64,000 nucleotides of DNA from the NCBI GenBank assembly GCA_021839245.1, contig JAKCBQ010000003.1, positions 13,970 through 77,969 of the forward strand, written 5' to 3'. Positions 20,301-27,981 of the stretch are shown in pieces. Origin of the DNA: Pseudomonadota bacterium (GTDB lineage Bacteria > Pseudomonadota > Gammaproteobacteria > JAKAQQ01). The notes beneath the pieces are model-generated. The model was not told where the DNA came from and made no database searches. It saw only the letters and a list, made by a program, of their open reading frames with translations. A program made the position numbers and the translations under genes. Position 1 is the stretch's first letter. Each line of letters starts with the position of its first letter.

Positions 20301-21128
20301 CTATGTCAGCGTCCCACTGCGCCGCGCCTGGAGTTGCACCAGCACATCGAGGCGCAAGGGCTCGGGGCAGTGGTAGACGGGCTGCCGCTTATCCACATAC
20401 GGAATCTCTGGGGGCCACCCCGTCCAGGGGATTTTGTGGGTACGATTCCAGCAGCTCTTGCCCAAGGCATAGAGCGCCCATTGTTGCCGCCGGATGCCAT
20501 GGAATCCGGGCATGCGGCGAATGGCTGCGACGAGGCGTTCCAGATCGTCCGTGCGTTCCATTCCGTCGCTGTTGCCGTGGGCGCTGGCATACTGGCGCAT
20601 CGCGGCTTCCAGCTCCTCATAGTGGGCGTCTGATACGCACCAGGTCCAATGGCGGCCACCGCCTTGTTTACGGTCGTGCTGCAGATGCACCAGCACATAC
20701 TGTTCGCTCCAGGCGAGACGTTCTCGGCGCTTTCCCGTATCCCGAAGCTGTTCCTCTTCCCAAACGCGGCCGGTGCCCGGAGTGACCAGCAGCCACCAGC
20801 GCAGCGGGGTCAGGGCCGCTTCGTTTTCTGGGTAAAAAATCAGTGTGGCATTGCTGATACCGCGCGCCTTGTTGCGGGAGCGCGTAGCGGCGCTGGCGGT
20901 GATGGCATACCGCTCGGCAAATTTCTCCGAGAGCTGCAGCGCCTTGTGCGTTGGCAGGACACCACCCGTCCAGTAGCGGCTGCCGCGCTGGACCGTCTCG
21001 AGCAGTAGGCGCATGGCGGCGGCCTTGCTGCGCGGGATGCGGATGGGGGAAGTACCGGGAGGAATCGGAGGGGGGAGATCGAGCACGATGGGGTTTCCTG
21101 TCGGATAGGGGATGAGCAATATAGGCAC
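20301..21128 (-). CDS. Uncharacterised basic, Trp/Arg-rich 275-aa protein
   Basis: Intact ORF with protein-like composition (YWTGG, KFAERY, WWLLVTPG, WTW, PGFHGIRRQ); no function recognised. Confidence 0.7.
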   Translation of the reverse strand: MPILLIPYPTGNPIVLDLPPPIPPGTSPIRIPRSKAAAMRLLLETVQRGSRYWTGGVLPTHKALQLSEKFAERYAITASAATRSRNKARGISNATLIFYPENEAALTPLRWWLLVTPGTGRVWEEEQLRDTGKRRERLAWSEQYVLVHLQHDRKQGGGRHWTWCVSDAHYEELEAAMRQYASAHGNSDGMERTDDLERLVAAIRRMPGFHGIRRQQWALYALGKSCWNRTHKIPWTGWPPEIPYVDKRQPVYHCPEPLRLDVLVQLQARRSGTLT

Positions 21129-21359
21129 CGCTCTCGCACGAGGAGCAGACCGATTTCGCGGAGCGAATCCAACGACACGACAGCAGGCCGCAGGCAGGCC
21201 CCGAAAGCGCTATGTGCTTTCGGGGAGCAAGGAAAAGTGCGCAGCACACTACAAGAGATTCCAAGCAGAGCACGCCCGGTTTCTCGGAAAGAAACCGAAT
21301 CTGCGCATCCGGTACCTATACTGTGCAGGTCCCCAAGAAAACGTATCGAGACCCGGATG

Positions 21360-22310
21360 CCGCCACATCCTCACACTGCCGCCAGATTTTCGGAAGGCAG
21401 GGATGTGCGCCAACGCATCCCGACCTTCGATAAACGTCCTTCTCGTGCCCGCTGCCAACGGTCACGAGCCGCATTGCCCGTAGCCGGATGCCCGTAATGG
21501 GGCTCGTCCGGTTGCAACGGGCGCTTCAAGGGCTCACCACCCTTGATTCGACCCAATCCATGGCCTGAGAGGTCGAGATTGGGCGACACGGAAACGGGTC
21601 TCCGGGCGACCGGAATCACCCTGACCGCAGACGAAAGTGGGTGCGAGTCCCACCCTGGGGCGGCTCGAAAGGGTCGAACCAGTGCCACAGCCGAGGGCGT
21701 CAGTACACTCGCGAGAGGGTAAGCCATCCGGGAGAAATCTGGGGATGGTGGCACTCTGGGGCGCAAGCTCTGGAGGTCGGCGAATAGCTCAACCGGCGAA
21801 AGCACCCATGTCCCAAGGGACACGGCGGGTGCGAAGTGGAGATCGGGCAAGCCATTGCCAGGACCTGCAGTGTCCTGGTGGTCAAATCTGGAAGCCGTCG
21901 CGTGAGTAGGCCCAGGGACTTTGGAATCTCTCCCGGGCAGAAATCGGATGCGAGAGCCACACGGCTAGCGCGACAGGTGAGGAGATGGCGTGCTCCATCG
22001 CAGTAGTCACGGTCTAACGTGGGAACCAGTGCACGGCTTCGGGGTGGCACCCAAGGGTATCCCGGAACGCCGAGAAAAGCGTTTGGCACTGGGGGAGCGT
22101 TGTTGAGTAGTTGGCCCTGTACAACAGGGATAAGGCTCTGGGGATTTGACCGAAACCAGAACCGAAAGGAGGGCGAGGCCCTTCCCGACGAAAGACGACA
22201 GGTAATGCAAGGACGTCAAAATCCGCTTGGCGGCGGATATCGGAGACGGATCGACACCCTTGGCGGGGGATGGATTCGAGGATCAACAGCACGGGTTGGC
22301 GCCCGTCATG
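21360..22310 (+). ncRNA. Candidate large, highly structured non-coding RNA (GOLLD/ROOL-like in character; class not established)
   Basis: No credible ORF. Back-to-back hairpins with GNRA loops (TCCGG-GCGA-CCGGA, GGCTC-GAAA-GGGTC, CTC-GCGA-GAG, GGGGC-GCAA-GCTCT), a C-TTCG-G motif and multibranch closing helices; G-U pairs favour the + strand. Boundaries are approximate. Confidence 0.65.
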
Positions 22311-22356
22311 AGCACAGGAGGATATCGATCTATTGGTTGTTTCTTTCCGGGGTGGC

Positions 22357-24092
22357 CTAGGCTGCCCCGGAAGTTTTGTTTTTAGGCGATGACGATAATC
22401 CCGCGGCAACAGCAGCGAGCTTCCGGGCTCCGCTGAAGGGCGTCGGCTTGGGAATCGGGATGCCCGGGTCAACCTTGGCCAGTTCTTTCGCCTTGACCGT
22501 AATGGAGTAGCCCTCGCCGTAACTGTCCCCGACATTTTCGACCTGGCCGGGGCTCGCGTGACCGGTCAGGGCGTGGTGTAGCTCCCGCGGAATGAGGGCG
22601 TTTCGACAGAGATCCTTGAACGTGTGGCGAAAGCTGTGAAAAGTGACCTCAGGGGGTAGTTTAGGGTGTGATGGAGGAAACGGCCAAACCACCTACCCAA
22701 AACCTCGCTGTCGGTGCTGACCTGACTGCGGCTGCGCAGGAAGGGCCAGAGGCTGCGGTATCCAGCGCTGCGGATGGCTTCGACGTAGTCGAGGAAGCCG
22801 AGATCAATCAGCTTGGGATGAAGGGGGACATCCCGGATGCTGTTTTGGTTCTTGGCCTGCAGAATTTTGAAATACGGGACGGGTTCCCGGACGATGTGAT
22901 CGACGGTAAGCTGACCGATCTCGTTGAGCCGGGCGCCGGAGTACAGGGCGATGAGGGGGATCCAGATGCGGGCGTGGTAGCCCCCTCCCCCGGCACTCGT
23001 GGTGATGCCAAAGAGCCCTTGCGGGGAGAAGATTCGGGCGAGTTCCGCTTGGGTGAAGGATCGGCGCTGGGATTCAGAGGCGAGGCCTTCCTTGGCGGCA
23101 AAGCGTTTGTAGTCGAATCCCGCAAAAGGATTTCTCTCCAGCAGTTCATCTTTGACGGCAATGGAGAATGCGGCGCCGACGAGCGTGCCCTTCTTTTCGA
23201 GAGTCTTGGCACTGTTGCCACGCTGATCGCGCTCGTGACGCAGCCAATCCGTCACCTGGGCGCGGGTCAATGTGGTTGGGGTGGCTTTGGGCAGGAAGCT
23301 GGACAGCGACTGGATCAGGCGCTGGAGCTCCTTGTCGGTGCGGGGCTTGCGCGGGCAATCCTGGCGCCAGTGGTCGAGCAGTTCCTGCCAACTAAGACCC
23401 GAATTTCGGGAAGTGGCGGGGGTGGTAGAGGTGGCGGGCTCCCAGACGGCCGGTAAGGGGATATCCTCGGGGGTGAGCTTGGGCTGCACCAAACGGCCGG
23501 CTTGGCGCTGGGCCAGGATGTCGTAGCCTTCCTGGAGGGCTGGAAGGACGTCCAGGACCAGTTGGCGCTCTTCTGCCGGGGTTACCGCCAATTGATACCC
23601 CTTGCCCACCAGCAGGGTGCGAATGACGGGCAGGAAAGGCTCGGGCTGGCCCCTCGCCAGGGCCTGAGCAATCTTGGCCTGGACCTCGCCGATGTTCTCC
23701 TGGAGTTCTTGGTATTCCTCGTCGTCGATCCCTTCCCGACGCCAAGCGAGATCCGCTTCTAGGCTGGAAAGCCAAAGAGCCCGCAGGCCGGAGACCAGTG
23801 CCGGAGTGACCTTGGTGATGGGTTTGAGGGGCAGATTGGGAGCCTGGGCGACGTAGCGCGCGAAGGCTTGGGCGTAGTCCTCTTCCTGCTGGACCCGTTG
23901 CCGCAGGCTCTGGAACTGCTGATCCACCTGCAGGGCCAGCAGGCGCGCCTGACTGACGGCCTGGCGGTAGTCTTTACCGAGGGAGCGCTTGATTTCGCGT
24001 TTGCCGACAGCGGCCCGTAGGGACTCGGGAACGACGATACGGAATACGTATCCGTGGGGGGTCTTGTAGCAGTTGCTGGGCAGGGCGGGCAT
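22357..24092 (-). pseudogene. Tyrosine recombinase/integrase with DUF6538-like N-terminus, single-base frameshift near 22660
   Basis: YVFRIVVPESLRAAVGKREIKRSLG N-terminus, LYSGARLNEI (catalytic R) and AKNQNSIRDVPLH in one frame; FHSFRHTF, TGH and YG continue in another frame after CACCCTAAACTACCC. Confidence 0.9.
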
Positions 24093-24117
24093 TACCTTCT
24101 CCTCGTCCCGCTCTCCC

Positions 24118-24213
24118 CGTTTTGTACCGGCTTTTTGTACCACTCAGCCTCCTGAATGCCTTGATACTATTGACATTCAGTAGATTAGTACAAATTGGCG
24201 GAGAGGGTGGGAT
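24118..24213. promoter_or_regulatory. Right att region: two TTTTGTACC repeats, an IHF-like site and a tRNA-Ser-like 3' end
   Basis: TTTTGTACCGGCTTTTTGTACCAC at ~24120-24143, CCTTGATA at ~24159, and minus-strand ATCCCACCCTCTCCGCCA at 24213-24196. Confidence 0.7.
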
Positions 24214-25918
24214 CCACCGCCATCGTCTGAGCGTTGCCTTGATTGAAATTCCCCAAAGAAAAATCGATCGATGGATCATCGGTAAATGTCTGTCCTCCAT
24301 CCGTTGAAATCTGAAACCCTCCGGTCGTAAATGCATAAACATCGTTCGGATTACCTGGATTGATGAGAACCGACCCAGCCTCGCCAATATCAGGGCTGCT
24401 TCCACCCAGCTGCTGCCAACTTGCACCCCCGTTGAAGCTGTTGATGGGCGAATAATCCTGCACGGCGGTCAACAAGGTTGACCCATTGACAGCCAAGCCA
24501 TAGAGTATGGACGATGAGTTGATACTGCTCGTCAAGCCCTGCCATGTCGTGCTGCCGGCCGGCCTTAGAAAAAGCCCCTGGTCGCTTCCCATCAGGAGGT
24601 TCCCCGTCACACCCGCTTCATCCGCCACGATCAGCCGGATGTCAAACCCCGACCCGGTGATCGGCGACCAGCTACCACCCCCATCTGTGGATTGGAAGCC
24701 CGTTCCATCACAGCCGGCATAAAGATCGGACGCATTGGATGGCTCGAACACGATGTACTGTACGGGACAGTTTGGCCCGCTCATTGTGGTCCAGCTGGAT
24801 CCGGCATCGGTTGTTTCATAGAGTTCCGGGGTACTGTACCGTTCGACGACGATCGCGTTGTCCGCATTGGTCGGGTTGACCGCGATATGCCACACGGTGG
24901 TATTGCCGATTCCAGAGGGGGTCACGTTATTCCATGGCCCGGACGAGCTTGTCTGCACCAGCACTTCACCATTGTCGAGCCCGGCGTAGATCACCCCATT
25001 TTCTCCTGTGATTGCACGAACGGGCGACGAGGTTGGTTCAATCAGAGTCCAGCTTGAACCATTGTCAGTCGATACGGCTATGCCTTGAGCAGTGGCCGCG
25101 TACAATGAACTTCCCAGATGCAGGAACTCCGTCACGGCGCCATAGGCACCGACCAAGCTCCAGCTGTCCCCCGCATCGGTGCTCTGGAATATCCCCTTGG
25201 ACCAGGTCCCAGCGAGAAGTATGGAGGGATTACCCTGATCCAGCCAGAGTGTGTCCACCGCAGGGTCTGTCAACCCGCTGTCGATCGCTGTCCAGCTGGT
25301 CCCTCCGTTCGTGGTCTTGTAAACCCCGGCCTCGGTAAAAGGACCCGAGTTCCCCGGACCCACTCCTCCGCCGGCGTACATCGTCTGAGGATTCTGATTG
25401 TCAACCGCGAATGCCTGCATTTTTCCAGAACCGTAATCTTGCCCGTTGGAGAACGGAATCTTCGTCGGTCCCACAACGGTCCACTGGGATGTCAAACTCG
25501 TATAGGCGACGATCACCTGTCCTGTATCACTGCCCCCGGATCCCAAGGTTATCGGGCTGCCATTCACGGAGGGAAGGTAAGCGGCAGTGCCAGTGGGGGC
25601 AACAATGACCGCCGAAACAACGTACGTGCCCGCCATGAGATTTTGAAGCGTCGCGGTTGACTGGAGAGTTTGCTGGAAACCGTTCGGGCCGGTCACGATA
25701 ACATCTCCCATCGTGCCGCTCGGAAGACCCGATATCTGCACGGCGAGGGAAATATTACTTGTGATGACCGGGGGCGGTTGTGGGGTGCCGCTTGAGGTGC
25801 TGTTTGCACCGCCACCTCCACAACTGGAAAGTAGGAGCAATAACGGTAGCAGACCTAAAATCGAAGGGGGGATGGCTCTTTTGTGCGAATCATATTTCGT
25901 AGGTGCTGAACGCAGCAT
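24208..25918 (-). pseudogene. 5' part of the BNR/Asp-box beta-propeller lipoprotein gene (VPS10/GH74-like fold), interrupted
   Basis: Lipobox LSSC-GGGG, an Ig-like segment, then repeated TTNGGTSW / STDAGDSW / STDNGSSW / STDGGGSW boxes; it breaks at AVDP and runs into element sequence. Confidence 0.88.
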
Positions 25919-26020
25919 TGCTAGTACTCCTTGTTGACATCAAAGGGTGGATTCTAGGCCCCATGTGTAACCTCGAGATTGAAATGAGAGTTCACCGGCG
26001 CAAGCTACCGAGTCCGGTAT

Positions 26021-26926
26021 TCAGGGATTGCATTTTGGATTCCGGTAACTCATAGGTCGCGTAAGCGCTGGTTCGCCGAACTCGATCAAACAGGCGTGCG
26101 ATTTCGCAAAATATTCGCGCCAAAACGTATGTATGCTGATCAGAACCTGAGGATCATGATAGCCCTCGCGCTGTGCTCTGGTTCCTTGACCTAACGGCGG
26201 AATCATCACACCGCCCAACACATACACCGACGCACCTCCAAAGTTGCCAAACAAATGCGCTGCCGCTGCCTTGGCCATTTCTGCAGACGGATCGATCACG
26301 CGAACAGTGTCGTCAGCATAAAAGCTGGTGACAGAAGAATTCTCCAAGCCGTCGCTTACGAGAAAAAGTACTTTCTGACGGACGGGGTCCTCTGCAATGG
26401 CCTTGGAAATAACCTTGAGTGTCATCATGATGTCGGAGTGGGCGAAGGAGCTACTGCTGCCTTTGAAAATCTTGACAAGCGACATGGCGACCATGTCACG
26501 AGCGTAGTTCATTTGATATCGAAGGCATCGCTTGAGGAGGCGTGTGGATCTGATCGGCGTGGTGTCAACCCGGGAGGGGGAAAGAGGGCGCTCCACGATA
26601 CCCGTGTGAACGACCTGTAGATACCTGCCTTGCGCAAAGGCAGAAAAATCCGCAACAACGAACTTGGAGCCCGGCTGAATCAGTCTCAGGGCGTTATTGA
26701 CCACGGATTGCTCCAACCTTGGAGTGAGTTGCACCGTTTGATCCACGAGGATGTATAGGAGTTTGTCGTACGGTATGGCAGGCGGGCGGATGTGTGCGTA
26801 CGCATAGCAACTTGGAAGATCATTCACTAGGCCCGCATGGGCATTTGCAGACAAACCCAGCGTCATACAGACGAACAAGGCGGAACCCAGAAGGGGGGTG
26901 GTGATTCTCACGAAGCGGGGTCTCAT
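26021..26926 (-). CDS. Secreted hypothetical protein with a possible vWA-like fold
   Basis: Signal peptide ending AHA, ILVDQT and FLVSDGLENS motifs, GAGGAG RBS. Confidence 0.7.
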   Translation of the reverse strand: MRPRFVRITTPLLGSALFVCMTLGLSANAHAGLVNDLPSCYAYAHIRPPAIPYDKLLYILVDQTVQLTPRLEQSVVNNALRLIQPGSKFVVADFSAFAQGRYLQVVHTGIVERPLSPSRVDTTPIRSTRLLKRCLRYQMNYARDMVAMSLVKIFKGSSSSFAHSDIMMTLKVISKAIAEDPVRQKVLFLVSDGLENSSVTSFYADDTVRVIDPSAEMAKAAAAHLFGNFGGASVYVLGGVMIPPLGQGTRAQREGYHDPQVLISIHTFWREYFAKSHACLIEFGEPALTRPMSYRNPKCNP

Positions 26927-26993
26927 CTTTATCACTCCTCAGTGAGGTGTCGCTTGGTTATGACGAGTTCACAGGATTCGGGTTTAAACACAA

Positions 26994-27863
26994 TGTAAAG
27001 CCCTCGAAATAAGTGATCCCTGAACCCTGGGCAATCGGCTCCAAGGCTTCAACGCGCGTCCCCGGCCGGGCCTGCGTGGAGGTCGACCACGTCCCCGACA
27101 AAAAGACCCACGGCCACGGCCGCCGTGGCTCTACCCTCGAGCCGGGTGTGAACCCGTGCAGCGTCGCCCCCCTACCCGGTTCAGCCCGCCGGGAATGATG
27201 GTGCCCCCATGGAACCGTAGACCACACGTGTGAGCCCTCCGCCGCGCGGAAGCCCTCGCCCCGGAATCCGAGCGCTTTGGTCTCAGGCAGGATCTCGCGG
27301 ATCTTCCCCACCCGCCTCTCGTCGCTCAGCACCGGCTTGCGAACTCTGCACCGGCCGTCCGGCCGCCGCCGGACGGGTGTAAGCCCGTAGAACGGGACAC
27401 ACCCCACTAGCCGACGCACCCGGGCCTTGCCCAAAACACACCGCGCGGAGACCGAACTGGCCCGACTCACGGAGTCGATCTCCGCATCGGGGAAATCAGC
27501 TGATCCTCGAACCGGGCGACGCGCATCTCCCAAAGCGCCTTGTCCATCATCAAACTCCCGACCAGCCGCTTGGCGCGCGGAGCTCTTGTTCAGGGCCACC
27601 ACCTTGGCATCGTCGGTGCGCCGCTTCAGCCCGGCTTTGCCGGCCTCCCGGAACTCGTCTCGCCATTTGGACCGCACGACCGACGGCAGCCCGGTCTCCC
27701 GGCTCAGGGCATCCAGGCTCTCACCACACGGGAGACGCAACAGGACCTCCTGCATGCGCTTCGCCGACCAACGGTACATCGACAATTGCTTGCTCAAGGG
27801 CAACTCCTGTCGTTCTCATCCCGCGACCAAACGTGTTGCCCGGAATATTCGAGGGGCATTCCA
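26994..27863 (-). mobile_element. Degraded, internally deleted IS3-family-like insertion sequence
   Basis: HTH OrfA-like RWSAKRMQEVLLRL..GESLDALSRETG..KWRDEF.EAGKAGLK and OrfB-like LSDE..VGKIREIL..FRGEG; imperfect terminal IRs TGTAAAGCCCTCGAA and TGGAATGCCCCTCGAA. Confidence 0.65.
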
Positions 27864-27981
27864 CGCGTGTGCTCTCCAGTTCCCATCCGAGGTGCAACGT
27901 CGAATCAGTTCCGCATCGGTTTGGCACGATGATCTGGGTTCCAAACTTTTTGTGGTCTTTCATGCCATGTCTTTACGCGAC

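Larger units (their letters stand above)
15467..24212 (-). mobile_element. ~8.75 kb tyrosine-integrase integrative element inserted at a tRNA-Ser-mimicking site
   Basis: A 5-bp TGGGA core sits at both junctions (15462-15466 and 24208-24212), and removal restores one reading frame. A tRNA-Ser-like 3' end, paired TTTTGTACC repeats at both ends and an integrase next to one end are also present. Confidence 0.88.

Noticed and set aside
21360..22310. Group II or group I intron, RNase P RNA, tmRNA or rRNA fragment as the identity of the structured region
   Set aside because: No domain V (AGC...GNRA) hairpin, group I core, GAGGAAAGUCC-type RNase P motif or tmRNA ends were recognised, and there is no RT or homing endonuclease ORF.
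21112..22535. Several overlapping short ORFs in the structured region
   Set aside because: They lack RBSs and recognisable motifs, have shadow-ORF composition and occur on both strands.
24196..24280. A full tRNA-Ser gene
   Set aside because: Only the last ~18 nt are tRNA-like; the upstream sequence is beta-propeller coding DNA.
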